A stretch of DNA of 64,000 nt, taken from NCBI GenBank assembly GCA_964016885.1, contig CAXHJY010001387.1:62001-126000 (forward strand), read 5' to 3'. A model generated the notes under the pieces. It saw only the letters and a program-made list of their open reading frames with translations. It did not search any database and was not told the origin of the DNA. Source of the DNA: Eledone cirrhosa (taxonomy: Eukaryota). Of the stretch, positions 28,792-42,000 are shown piece after piece. Each line of letters starts with the position of its first letter. Position 1 is the first letter of the stretch. The position numbers were made by a program, and so were the translations under genes.

Positions 28792-29384
28792 GTGGCTGCC
28801 AACTCGTTTTCGAGTACGGCCACTACTTTATATCCATGTAGGAGAACCTCTAGCGATGCGCTGAACGAGTGTGACTTTTTAGTCCAGCCAGCGACTTGAA
28901 AACTCTGGTACAAACACTACACTTGTGACAATTATTGACACAGTGCTGGGCCCATGGTACCATGTGACGACAAGTGCAGAGAGATCTCCAGATATAAAGC
29001 AATGCCTGTGCCGTGAAGCTTTTATAGTGAGCAAAGGCATTGCACAAAGCCAGTCCCACTCTCTTAACCAAGATGATATTTACCAAAAAGAAGAACAAGT
29101 CAACATCATTGGACACCATTAGGGTTGCAGGTGTTATATCAGAGTTTTCCTTCTCCTAGAATTCTGCCTTGACAAAGGCTAAGGGGTGATCTCTCCCGGT
29201 GATTTTGGATGGCCATTGACTCTTAAGAGCTCCTTTGCCCTTTGACAGGTTTTGTTTTTAGTCCTGCAGGATGTCCAAAGTCACCCTCCTCACCAAGAAA
29301 CATTGTTGGGGTTGCCAGTTTAGTCGCCAACGAACCGACCATGAGACAGGTTGTACTGGGATACATGTTACCAGTAGCACCAAC
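28792..29384 (-). mobile_element. ~590-bp non-autonomous RTE derivative (5' UTR joined to 3' end)
   Basis: Near-identical to 62239-62824. Middle part is homologous to the RTE 5' UTR at 38046-38325. 3' part encodes CSVCTRVFKSLAGLKSH, like the RTE C-terminal zinc finger. (TATG)n tail. Confidence 0.75.
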
Positions 29385-29674
29385 ATACATACATATATAC
29401 ATACATACATACATACACACATATATACACACAGGCCGGTGTTGGTGTTTGATGAGGTTGAGAACCTGGTCAGCTTTCAACCAGAGCTGTGGTATTTAAT
29501 CTCCCTAGGTAATCAAATCTGGAGGCAAAATTTTCTCCTTAACAAAAAAAAAAAAAAATCATGTCAACATCCTTACACACTTAAATATAAATGCATGTAT
29601 ATATACAAATGTATAAATGCATAGCTAAATACATAGGTAAATGTATGTATGTATATATGTATGTATGTATGTAG

Positions 29675-29720
<46 letters not shown>

Positions 29721-30152
29721 AGAGAGAGAGAGGGGGGGGGAGAGAGAGAGAGAGAGCGAGAGAGAGAGTATACACACACACATATATATATTTTTTATTT
29801 TTTATGTTCCACTGCCTGGGCCGACCAAAGCCCTGTGAGTGGATTTGATAGACCGAAACTAAAAGAAGCGCGTCGTATATATGTCTGTGTGTGTCTTTGC
29901 GTTTGTGTTTGCGTTCCCACCAATGCTTGTTGGTTTGTTGACGTCCTCATAACTAACCAAGGTGATGCTCCAACATGGGCGTAGTCCAGAGACAGAAAAA
30001 AAGTAAAGTATATATATATATATATAATATATGTGTATGTGTGTGTAGAAGAGGGGTCTCAAAATGAAGGACATAAAAGGGCCATTACGTCCTGGAGGAG
30101 AGGCATAGTGGGCCAAACGTGGTGGTGGATGACGATTTTCACCAGTTATAAT

Positions 30153-30366
30153 CATTTCTACTATAGGCACAAGGCATGACATTTAGGGTTTAGGGTCCCG
30201 TCGATTACATCGATCCCAGTTCACAACTGGTACTTAATTTATCGACCCCAAAAGGGTGAAAGGCAAAGTTGAGATCGGCGGAATTTGAACTCGGAACGTA
30301 AAAACGGAAGAAGTACCGCTAAGCATTTCGCCAGATGTTCTAACGATTCCACCAGCTCACCGCCTT
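30153..30366 (-). mobile_element. tRNA-derived SINE with 18-bp target-site duplication
   Basis: B box GAGTTCAAATTCC on the minus strand. ATTTTCACCAGTTATAAT at 30135-30152 and 30367-30384. Confidence 0.85.
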
Positions 30367-30412
30367 ATTTTCACCAGTTATAATGGAATCTAAAATATTG
30401 GTTCTCTCACTC

Positions 30413-30906
<494 letters not shown>

Positions 30907-31482
30907 GATACAGATATTGTTTGTTCACTGTCACCAATCATCTCAATTCATTCGTTGTAACTAAGTTTGCGATCGAGGCACTTTATTTTGCAAGGTACTA
31001 TTTTTCACTTTCGTTTGTGATTCAAGAGAAAGGTAAGAATTTCTTCATATTTTGCATCTTTTGTATTTTGACTTTACACTTTGAATTGTAGAATTGTCTA
31101 TCCACTCAAAATATTACAACAGCTAACAGTGAAATATAGAATTAAAAAAAGAAAGCTTTTTCGACTGAGATCAAATCTTTGAGAACATTCACGTCTTTTT
31201 TTTTAAATATATCATTTGAAAAAGCTTGCTTTTGTTTGGGACTGAAATTTTTTGTATTTAATTCGTACGAGTATTTTTAAAAGATCTTTTTAAAGATTCT
31301 AACATAACTTGATTTGGCCCAGTAATCTACTGATATCAAAATTAGTAGTATATTGAAAAATAGAAAAATAGGGTAGGGGCGTTTCGTGATGTTGAGGGGC
31401 AAAAGGTTTGGCCGAAATGGGTTGAGAACCTTTGCTCTAAATCTATGACTGCGTATATGTATAGAGCCCTCCCCCCCTCTCT

Positions 31483-31530
<48 letters not shown>

Positions 31531-31651
31531 GGAGGTGAGTTTTATTGTAGCACAATAAAGCAATGCAAATATCGGATAAGTAGCACTCTACAGTTTGTAG
31601 AACTGGAGTATAAATAATATAAGATCAAAAGATGGTTAAAAGAGTTCTAAG

Positions 31652-31722
31652 TGTTTTATTATGCGCATTTCAAAAACAAATATCATCATGAGATGATATC
31701 TGCATTTTCATCAGATAAAATA
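31652..31722 (-). ncRNA. Type I hammerhead ribozyme
   Basis: ttttat-CTGATGA-long stem II (gatatcatc/gatgatatt)-GAAA-tgcgca-TA-ataaaa. Confidence 0.85.
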
Positions 31723-33567
31723 GGGATACATGATATGAAGGTTAAAAAACACTTGTGAATAGTGAAGTTTTAAATCAACATATGAAAAATAATTTAAGAT
31801 TGATGTGTGATATTGGGAAAAAGTGAGGGGGGTTGGAAAGGGTAAGGAAGAGGAGGAGATGATAGTAAAGAATTGTGGGGAGGAGTATAAGAAGGAAGGA
31901 TGAGAGAGGAGGAGAGATGGATGATAGAGAGAGGGAGATAGCCTTTACAACTGAGAAAAATATATATTGTCTCACAGAGAGAAGTTAAAAAGTCGTTGGA
32001 AGATAATAGATAATTTAAAAGAATTTGAAATTAAAAGTTGATGAAGAGAAAAAGGGGTTAAGAATAATATTAAATTAAGGTTTGTATATTGAAGGGTTTA
32101 ATAATATGTGCAAGGAAAAGAAATTGTTAATATGTATTATTAAAATAAAAATATTAATGTTATTAAGGATATAATGTGAAAAGAAGTTGAAGAGTGGATG
32201 AGTTATGAATTTAGAGGAATTAGTTAGTGTTTAAGTTTGTTTTTATGTAATGTAATATGTGTGTGTAATATATGTACGTAAATAGTTTGTTTAAAAATGA
32301 GCGCAGAAAGCAAAGAAGAAAAGAATGTTTAAGGAAGAAAATATCTAACATCAAAATATATGTTTACGAAATATTTTCTAATGGTCATAATATAATATAT
32401 TAAAAGAAATTAGTTAGGGTTTAAGTTTGTTTTTATGTATTGTAATATGTAATATGTAAAAGTCAAACGAGCATGAAAGGAAGAGATAAGGAATTTAAGG
32501 AAGAAAAATCTAACGTCAAAAAATGTTTATGTTTACGAAGGACTATTGAAAGGTAATACTATAATGTATTAAAAAGATAATAATAATTTTTATGGCCAAT
32601 GATATGAAGAAAGATGGAAGAATGGATAATGTTGTGGTGAGTAATAATAAGAATTGAGAAGTAGTTAGGAAGAAAAAGTACAGATTAGAGGTTAGAAGTT
32701 AAAAAGAAAAAAGAAAAGAGGAAGAAAGGAAAATGATAGAGAGGAATGATATAGAATGAGTAACTTGTATTATATAATATATAATAAATAATATTGAAAT
32801 AAGGTAGAAAGATGGGTATATTTAAAAAGAATATATAAGCCTTTGAGAAAAAGGATTTTAAACTAGTAAGGTATTAGATATTAGCTGTATACTTTATGGA
32901 ATGTTCTGTGGAATGTATGCAAGCAGAGAGAAAATAAATCAGTGCGTCTATTTATTATAGAATTTAAATTAGATATAATGGTAAATTTCTCAGATAGGCA
33001 AACTATTTACGTACATATATTACGCACACATATTACATTACATAAAAACAAACTTAAACACTAACTAATTCCTCTAAATTCATAGCTCATCCTCTCTTCT
33101 ACTTCTTTTCACATTATATCCTTAATAACATTAATATTTTTATTTTAATAATACATATCAACAATTTCTTTTCCTCGCACATATTATTAAACCCTTCAAT
33201 ATACAAACCTTAATTTAATATTATTCTTAACCCCTTTTTCTCTTCATCAACTTTTAATTTCATATTCTTTTAAATTATCTATTATCTTCCAACGACTTTT
33301 TAACTTCTCTCTGTGAGACAATATATATTTTTCTCAGTTGTCAAGGCTATCTCTCTCTCTCTCTATCACCCATCTCTCCTCTTCTCTCATCCTTCCTTCT
33401 TATACTCCTCCCCCACCATTCTTTACTCTCATCTCCTCCTCTTCCTTACCCTTTCCAACCCCCTCACTTTTTCCCAATATCACACATCAATCTTAAATTA
33501 TTTTTCATATGTTGATTTAAAACTTCACTAGTCACAAGTGTTTTTTAACCTTCATATCATGTATCCC

Positions 33568-33638
33568 TATTTTATCTGACGAAAACGCAGATATCATCTC
33601 ATGATGATATTTGTTTTTGAAATGCGCATAATAAAATA
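33568..33638 (+). ncRNA. Type I hammerhead ribozyme
   Basis: tattttat-CTGACGA-stem II-GAAA-TGCGCA-TA-ataaaata. 8-bp stem I and palindromic stem III. Confidence 0.87.
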
Positions 33639-33780
33639 CTTAGAACTCTTTTAACCATCTTTTGATCTTATATATATATATATATATGTGTGTGTAAAAG
33701 GTAAACAGAAATAACAACACAATCAATACTGTATATGGAAGATATATATTAGGTTAACGCTTGATATAGCAGGAAGAGGG

Positions 33781-33816
33781 TCTTAACGTTTCGGACGCTA
33801 GTCCTTCATCAGAAGA
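33781..33816 (-). ncRNA. Minimal type I hammerhead ribozyme
   Basis: tctt-CTGATGA-a-ggac(tagc)gtcc-GAAA-cg-TT-aaga on the minus strand. Confidence 0.75.
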
Positions 33817-34104
33817 AAGAATGAGAAATAAAATAGATTGAGGGGACGGGCGGGGTGGAATTGGAAAAAATGTCTTTAGATAAAAATAACAGGTCCATAT
33901 ATATACATGCATATTAAAATGTAATACGATGTAGTCTCCATATTTATTCACGACTCACACTCTGTAGATACTGTCGTACAATCAATGTTAGGCCGTCAGC
34001 AACGTAGTAATATGCAAATGAGTAATCAGTTTCAATCAAATTTGCATATTAATGAGTAGCTTTCGTTCGTTCTCGGACCAAATTATATAAGCCCTGTGGG
34101 CTCT

Positions 34105-34618
34105 CTAACTGGTCTAACGACTAGATGAAATACTGGGCTAACCACTTAATTAATTACTGGGCAAATCACTGTGCGAATTACTGAGCTAACCACTGTATTA
34201 ATTGGGATAATTACTAGGTTAAACACTGGGCTAACCAATGTATTAACTGTGTACATTACTGGGTTAACCTCTAGGCTAACCACTGGACTAACCTCTAGGC
34301 TAACCAGTGGGCTAAACTCTGTATTAACTGTGTACATTACTGGGCTAACCTCTAGGCTAACTGCTGTGTTAGCCACTGCATTAACTGTGTACATTACTGG
34401 GCTAACGTCTAGGCTAACCACGGGCCTAACAACTGTATTAACTGAGTACATTACTGGGCTAACCTCTAGACTAATCACTGAGCTAACCACAGTATTAACA
34501 GAGTACATTACCAGGTTAACCTCTAAGCTAATCACTGGCCTAACCACTGGGCTAACCTCAGTAGTAACTGGGCTAACTCGGCTAACTACTGAGCTAAACA
34601 CTGGGATAACCACTTGGT
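34105..34618. repeat. Degenerate minisatellite of 9-12-nt subunits (ACTGGGCTAACC / TCTAGGCTAACC / ACTGTATTA)
   Basis: Recurring ...CTAACC subunits and repeated ACTGTGTACATTACTGGG blocks about 57-69 nt apart. Confidence 0.85.
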
Positions 34619-34854
34619 CAATAGGACAAGCACACACATTATACATATGCATATACTCGCATACATATATACATTTCTCTATATATATGTGTATGTATGT
34701 ATATATATATATGTGGATGTATGTATATATATATGTGTGTTTGTGTGTGTGTATGTATATATATACATACACACACACACATATATATGTATATACATAC
34801 GTATATACATAAATACATACATATATATACATATACATATACACACAATGGCAT

Positions 34855-34891
<37 letters not shown>

Positions 34892-35067
34892 CAGCTACAC
34901 ATCTGCACACATACATATACATACAGACACATGTATGTAAATATGCATGTATGTATGTAAATATGCATGTATGTATGTAAATATGTTATCTCTTTCTCTT
35001 AATTTCGAGTATTTTTTTTTTGACCGGCCACCTTCCTGGTGGCAAGGTTGTAAAAGAAAAGAAATTG

Positions 35068-35871
35068 TCATCCCTTGAATCGCAAGAATGTTTTGCAAAT
35101 TTTGAAGGTGCCAGCTATCGCAGTCATTTGTAGACTATGAATTAGGGAGCTGCGCTCTTTTTCCGCAAATCCAAGTTCAGTTATACATTGGTCCAAGCGG
35201 GTTCGTATATAACCCGTAGCACCAATAATGATGGGTATGAAGCTAAAGGTGTATCTTGGATACTGGATTTGTAAACTCCTCATCAATGGTCTGTAGATGT
35301 CCTCCTTCTCCTCTATTTTTCTGACAACGTTTACATCAAGTGGGCAGCTGATCTCCACAACAGAACACGTTTTCAATGTGAGGTCCCAAACAACAATATC
35401 AGGCCTGTTGTGCTTTAATTTGGTGGCAGGTTTTATTTTCAGGTTCCACCAGTATTCCTTAGTGCCATCTGTCTCAATATATTCTTCCTCGTTTGTTGTT
35501 AATTTTGTTTTCCGAAGTGCGTTCCAGATGGTTCTAGCTATCCCATCGTGTCTCATGGGGAGGTAGTAGCGAGATGACATTCTTTCGCAGCTGGCAACAA
35601 TGTGGCTTACATCTTCGATCTTTGTTTTACATAGCCTACATTTATTGTCAGCTGATGGCCTTCCTCTTTTGTGCAGCAGATATTTGGTAGGGAGTTCTTG
35701 TTCCTGTATTGCATAGAGATATCCCTCAAGGTGTGATGTCATAAACTTGTCGGAACTCCATGGCAGGCTTATTGAGTGGTTTATCCCCTCTATGGTCTGT
35801 GTTTTACGTCTCAAGTATCCATGCACAACTTTTTCTGTAAATTGGTCAATTGTTTTATCTTGTTTGAACAT
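35068..35871 (-). pseudogene. 3' fragment of an RLE-endonuclease non-LTR retrotransposon (R4/Dong-like)
   Basis: CRLC...HIVASC zinc knuckle, RHD, RPDIVVWD, VEISCP and IPIIIGATG motifs. 5'-truncated, with an A-rich then (CATA)n 3' flank. Confidence 0.88.
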
Positions 35872-36473
35872 TGATTAGGATCTTCCGATTTCTCTGGGTG
35901 AGAGATTTATATCAGGCTTTATTCCATATCTCTCCTCCAGATCAGTCGCTATTCTAATGATATTTTTTTTTCATGTTCATAAACCTGGGCAAGATGGTTG
36001 CCAAACTTTTTCCTCTGTTGAAGGTGTTGCTTCAGTGTTACTATGCATGTATGTATGTATGTATGTATGTATGTATGTATGTATGTATGTATGTATGTAT
36101 GTATGTATGTATGTATGTTTGTCAAACTCTCTACTCTCTGTTGAATGTGTATATATATATATATGTATGTATATGTGTGTATATACATCACTCAGTCAAA
36201 CGACCAGATTTCAACCCCAACATCTACAACAACAACAACACCGGCACTAATGTTTACAGCAACACCAGCTTCAGAATGAACTGAAATGAATAATTACAAC
36301 AACAACAACAGCGGCATCAAAAGAAAAGGAAGGGGAAAAAAATCAAAATAACAAAACACACACACACACGCACACAACACAACAACAACATCAACTGCCA
36401 TCACCACCACTACCGCCGCCGCCATCACCATCACCAGCGACCGGGCCTTAAGAAAACAACTTTAATAATAATT

Positions 36474-36615
36474 TTTCTGCTTTTGGCACGGATCCAGCGA
36501 CTGGACCAGTTCATCACTGGTACTCTCATTTGTTGACTCCGTGGGGATGAAAGGCAAGGTTGACCTCGGCGGGATTTGAGCTCAGAGCGTGGAGGGCCGT
36601 GACTCTATGCTGTAA
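36474..36615 (-). mobile_element. tRNA-derived SINE, degenerate and truncated
   Basis: gatgaaaggcaaggttgacctcggcgggatttgagctc is shared with the other SINE copies. Confidence 0.75.
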
Positions 36616-36698
36616 AACAATTATAATAATACTGGACTGTAGTACGATCGGCTTCAACTATACAAACTCTTGAAAGTCAACAGTTGACATAATGACGG

Positions 36699-36792
<94 letters not shown>

Positions 36793-37024
36793 GAATAATC
36801 GAGTATCGAAAAATCGGCGCACGAGTTCACGATAAACAAAATTCGAGATGAGCGGCAGAGGGCTCTTTAATTCAAATAAATTAGAGCTATAACTATCGTT
36901 AAATACCGTCACACGTAGAATATGTCTACAATCAACCAAATAACCGAAAAGTTCGATATGGAAGATTCGGGACACTCAGATAAATTATCAATAAATCAAT
37001 AAATGAAATGAATGTAAAATGCAT

Positions 37025-37158
37025 ACCCGGACCCACTAGAGAGATGGAATATCTAGCTTCTTGGGTTTCTGTAAATCCTTAAACCGTCATCTATCAGCTC
37101 ATATAAAAATATAAGCCTTACAGATAATCGGGGGACTGGAGTTACTTCATCAACGAGC
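37025..37158 (-). ncRNA. Hammerhead motif with extended stems II and III (U3 core variant)
   Basis: gctcg-TTGATGA-a-gtaa...ttac-a-GAAA-ccca...ctaga..tctag-tggg-TC-cgggt, giving a GUC cleavage triplet. Confidence 0.6.
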
Positions 37159-37632
37159 TTCGTCCGAATGGATAAAAAGATAAGACCCAGGCTAAAAATA
37201 CGCACATGGATTTCAGCAAGGGAGATAACCTTTATATCCGCAAAAATATTCGGAAAAATGTGGCAAAAACACATATCGAATAAGAATGCTCAATAGACAT
37301 GTTAAAATAAACAGGGGCTATTCATCATTTAATAGAATCGACAAAAAATGAACAATAAAATTAACTGGTCAATAGCTAAGTCTAGAGCTAAATATAGTAG
37401 AATAAACGAGTATCGAAAAATCGGCGCACGAGTTCACGATAAACAAAATTCGAGATGAGCGGCAGAGGGCTCTATAATTCAAATAAATTAGAGCTATAAC
37501 TATCGTTAAAATACCGTCACACGTAGAATATGTCTACAATCAACCAAATAACCGAAAAGTTCGATATGGAAGATTCGGGACACTCAGATAAATTATCAAT
37601 AAATCAATAAATGAAATGAATGTAAAATGCAT

Positions 37633-37767
37633 ACCCGGACCCACTAGAGAGATGGAATATCTAGCTTCTTGGGTTTCTGTAAATCCTTAAAACCGTCATC
37701 TATCAGCTCATATAAAAATATAAGCCTTACAGATAATCGGGGGACTGGAGTTACTTCATCAACGAGC
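37633..37767 (-). ncRNA. Second copy of the extended hammerhead motif
   Basis: Same fold as 37025-37158, 608 nt away. Confidence 0.6.
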
Positions 37768-37877
37768 TTCGTCCGAATGGATAAAAAGATAAGACCCAGG
37801 CTAAAAATACGCACATGGATTTCAGCAAGGGAGATAACCTTTATATCCGCAAAAATATTCGGAAAAATGTGGCAAAA

Positions 37878-37917
<40 letters not shown>

Positions 37918-38045
37918 AAGTGAGTAGAGTAGCGTGTGTGTGTTTGTATGTATGTATGAGTGTTGCTGTGTGCGCGCATATGTATGCGCGTGTGTGTATG
38001 TCGTACGTATAAGTGTCAATAAGTGGTTTTTTTTTTTTTTTTTTT

Positions 38046-38325
38046 GCGCGCGGGGACATAGAAATAATCGGGCTGGATGCCCGATCGCGCAGTTAAACCA
38101 CTGAGAGTGAAGAACCCCTAGCCCTTGTCAGGGCATTCTTCTAGGAGAAGGCATCTCAGGAAACTGGGTTAACTCCGACATAAAACCTGCGGCTCAGTAG
38201 TTCCCGATGATGTTGATCTTTTCTTCTTTTCGGGTTATAGCTACTGTCGCTCAGAGAGTGGGATTGGCTCAGTGCACTGTCTTTCCTCACTTTAAAAATA
38301 TTCGTCACGCACAGGCATTGTACGA
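38046..38325 (+). mobile_element. Probable 5' UTR of the RTE LINE
   Basis: Homologous to 62430-62610 (tagcc..tgtca.ggca..ttctaggagaagg...gatgttga...gagtggga.tggct). Lies upstream of the RTE ORF. Confidence 0.6.
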
Positions 38326-38352
38326 GTGCATTAATAATTATTAATAGTGTAC

Positions 38353-38394
<42 letters not shown>

Positions 38395-38395
<1 letters not shown>

Positions 38396-38905
38396 GTTGT
38401 TATTCCTTGAATCTCAGTCATTGATGTTGGTTAACTGGAAAGTCCGTTGGAATGAATATCAAGCCACTACCTGCAGCCTCAGATATTCAGGACGTATCGG
38501 AGGGTTCTTGCTGTTCCAAGCAAGCATGCCTTTTGAAGCGCTCCAAAAAGCGTGAAGGGGCCGATTTTCTTTAACCATCCCTGGAAACTTTTGGAGATAG
38601 TCCCCAGTGCGCCTATGACAATCGGGATCACTTTGACGTCATGGCAGTTCCAAATCCTTTTCACCTCCCACTTTAGGTCCTGGTATCGGTTAATTTTCTC
38701 CCTCTCCTTCTCTTGCACTCTCGTGTCGAAAGGGCAGGCCACATCCACAATCAGACACGATCTTTTTTCTTTGTCCACAACCATCAGGTCAGGTCTATTG
38801 TGTTCCAGTTTTTTGTCCGTCTGTATCCTAAAATCCCACAGCACCTTCACCTGATTGTTCTCCATCACCGCCTCTGGCCTATACTCATACCATTTCTCAG
38901 AATGT
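38395..38905 (-). mobile_element. 5'-truncated R4/Dong-like RLE LINE 3' end (ORF remnant 38479-38868) in a (TAA)n tract
   Basis: VLWDFRIQTD, HNRPDLMVVDK, IVDVACPFD, IPIVIGALG and LQKACLLGTA motifs. (TAA)n tail at 38353-38394 and TTA-rich right flank. Confidence 0.88.
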
Positions 38906-39094
38906 GATTATTATTATCATTACTATTATTATTACTTTTTTTTTTTTTTTTTTTCCAATTCAATGATGTTCCAGAACAATATAAAAGAGATAATTGGCAA
39001 TTTAGGTTCTGGAACAAAAAAGATCATTGGCAATAAGGGCAGGGGCCCCAGGTTATCACAGCCTGGGCCCGCTCGTCATCGTGCCATTGTAATA

Positions 39095-42000
39095 GAGCCA
39101 AACAAGGCATTTAGTCTTGGCTGCTGGAACGTACGGACGCTGCTTGACAGGGATTCCTTGGGGCGTCCTGAACGAAGGACCGCTCTTGTTGCAAAGGAGC
39201 TTCGACGTTACGATCTTGACATCGTGGCTTTATCTGAGACGAGGCTAGCTGGAGGTGGTCATCTTACGGAATTTTGTGGAGAATATACATTCTTCTGGAA
39301 AGGAAGAGATGAAGGAACCAGAGAGAGGCTGGGGTAGGATTTGCTGTTAAGACTGCTTGTGAACAAATTAGAAGAATTCCCAGTAGGGATTAGTGAGCGT
39401 CTTATGTCCATGAGAGTTCCGCTGGACAAGGGAAAATATGCTACCCTGGTGAGTGTGTATGCTCCAACTATGAGTTCTGTCGATGAGGAAAAGGTGTCCT
39501 TTTACCATGCCTTGAAAGGTGTTTTAAGAAATATCCCTCAGGCAGACAAAGTCATCGTGCTTGGTGACTTTAATGCTAGAGTGGGTAGGGATTTTAACAC
39601 ATGGAATGTAATCGGAAGGCATGGGGTGGGAAAGTGTAACAGCAATGGTATGCTCCTGCTCCAGATGTGTGAGGAGCTGGATCTGTGTGTTACCAACACC
39701 ATGTTCCAACAAAAGAACAAATTCAAGACCACATGGATGCATCCTGCATCTAAGGAATGGCATCTTTTGGACTACGTCCTAGTCAGGATGCGTGACAGAC
39801 AGGATGTGCAGTGTGTTCGTGTTCTTCGTGGAGCTGAGTGCTGGACGGACCACCGCCTGGTACGCGCAAAAGTGAAACTAATCACTAAACGTAAAATCCG
39901 GGCTCCTGGTCTTGCCCTGCCCAAAAGATTGAATGCTGCTCGTCTTAAGGATAAAAATGTGAAGAGGACATTGGAAGAAGAGATGCAGGCTGCAGATCTT
40001 GGTGAGGATTGGCCGACCCTTAAAAAGTCGGTTTATGATGTAGGCAGGCGTGTTCTGGGATTGGCGCAGAGGAGACATCAGGACTGGTTTGATGAGAATG
40101 ATGTACATATAGAAGACTTGTTGGGTGATAAGAGGCGTGCTCTGTCACGCTACTTGACGGCAAAACCACAGGAGAGGAATACGTTGCATGAGGAACTCAG
40201 GGATGTAAAATCATGTGTTAGGCGGAGTCTTTCTCAGATGAAGGATCAGTGGTGGAGTGAGAAGGCTGGTGAGATACAAACTGCGTCTGATTCCAATAAC
40301 ACAAAGCTGTTGTACAGTCTCTTGCGTGAGGTTTATGGACCGTCTTCTTCTTTGGTGACACCGCTTCGCAGCAAGGATGGCAAAGAACTTCTTCGTGACT
40401 CACAAGGAATTCTACGAAGGTGGCGAGAGCACTTTGGTGATCTTTTGAATCAGCCGTCTGTCGTCAGTGAAGATTTCCTCAATCTCATTCCAGAAAGTCC
40501 TGTGAAAGTAGCTCTCGCAGAACCTCCGACGCTTGTGGAGGTTGCAGTGGCTATTTCGAAGCTGAACAGTGGAAGATCTCCAGGTATGGATGGCATACAT
40601 GCTGAGCTCCTACAATATGGTGGTGAGAGACTCCTGCAACATCTTCACTCTTTGTTTGGCAGGATATGGGCTAATGAATCCGTACCTGAGGACTGGAGAG
40701 ATGCAGTAATGGTGGTCTTGTACAAGGGAAAGGGTAACAGGAACGATTGTGGGAACTACAGAGGTATATCATTGCTTTCTGTCGTAGGGAAAGTTTTATG
40801 TAGGGTGCTTCTGGACCGTCTGCTGACACACATTGCAGATTGTGTTCTTCCTGAAAGTCAATCTGGTTTTCGTGCTGGACGCGGCACTACTGATATGATT
40901 TTCTCAGCTAGACAGCTCCAGGAGAAGTGCATGGAACAAGGCTTGGATCTGTATCAGGTTTTTGTTGATCTGACAAAAGCTTTCGATACTGTTAACAGAG
41001 ATGCATTATGGAAGGTTCTCCAGAAACTTGGTTGCCCTGATAAGTTCCTTGCTTTAGTTAGGTCTTTCCATGACGACATGAAGGCTTGGGTTAATGTCGG
41101 GGGTAACATGTCGGAGCCTATCTCAGTAAAAAATGGAGTGAAACAGGGGGATATTCCAGCACCGACCCTCTTTGCCATATACTTTGCAATGGTTTTCTGT
41201 ATTGCATTCAGGAATTGCGAGCATGGTGTTTACATCCGATATCGAACCTCAGGCAGCATATTTAACATCAGGCGCTTTGCTGCGAAGACAAAAGTATTTA
41301 CATCAATCATAAGAGACCTCTTGTATGCAGATGATTGCGATCTTGTAGCGCACACAGAGAGTGATATGCAACACATTTTGAATGCATTTTCTGACGCTTG
41401 CACTGCCCTAGGTCTGACTGTCAGTCTCAAGAAAACCGTCGTCATGTACCAACCTGCCCCTGGTAAGCAGTACACTGAACCAAACATCTATGTGTATGGC
41501 AAACGACTTGGAGTGGTTGATCAGTTTGTCTACCTGGGAAGCACTGTCAATCGATACAGCAACCGTGACAGTGAAATCTCACTTAGGATTAGGAAAGCAA
41601 GTGATGCTTTCGGAAAGCTAGAAAGGCGACTCTGGGGTTGGCGAGACATATGCAGGAGGACAAAGGTAAAGGTGTACAGGGCATGTGTGCTCTCTTGTCT
41701 TCTTTATGCCTGCAAGACCTGGGTCACATATCGATACCACCTTAAGCAATTGGAGCGTTTCCATCAGATGTGTCTCAGACGGATCCATGGCGTTCACTGG
41801 AGGGACCACATCAGTGATGTCGAGATTTTGGAAAGCTCTATGTGTGACAGTATAGAAGCTCTTGTGCTTAAGCAACGACTCCGTTGGAGTGGTCACCTTG
41901 CCAGGATGAAGGATTCTAGAATACCAAAACAACTCTTTTATGGAGAGTTGGTTAAAGGAAAACGACCGCCACATAAACCAAAAAAGAGGTATAAGGATTC

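Larger units (their letters stand above)
31528..33670 (-). mobile_element. 5'-truncated Penelope-like element with inverted pseudo-LTR
   Basis: Inverted repeat of ~670 bp (about 31617-32287 and 32998-33670), with a hammerhead in each arm. Minus strand 33000-32880 encodes CLSEKFTIISNLNSIINRRTDLFSLCLH, a PLE GIY-YIG C-terminal motif. ~90-nt tail only on the left arm. (TA)n flanks. Confidence 0.8.
36788..37878 (-). mobile_element. ~608-bp non-coding tandem unit (1.8 copies), one hammerhead per unit; retrozyme-like
   Basis: 36788-37269 is repeated nearly identically at 37395-37878. (TA)n on both flanks. Confidence 0.75.

Noticed and set aside
30182-30195. Two TTTAGGG plant-type telomere repeats
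   Set aside because: Only 14 bp, inside the variable G-rich segment of a SINE. Likely chance.
30904-31484. Unique AT-rich blocks between (TA)n tracts, possibly another PLE piece
   Set aside because: I found no hammerhead, inverted arm or protein motif to support a call.
31617-33670. Long inverted repeats read as DNA-transposon TIRs or MITEs
   Set aside because: Hammerheads, GIY-YIG remnants and asymmetric tails point to Penelope-like retroelements. No transposase is present.
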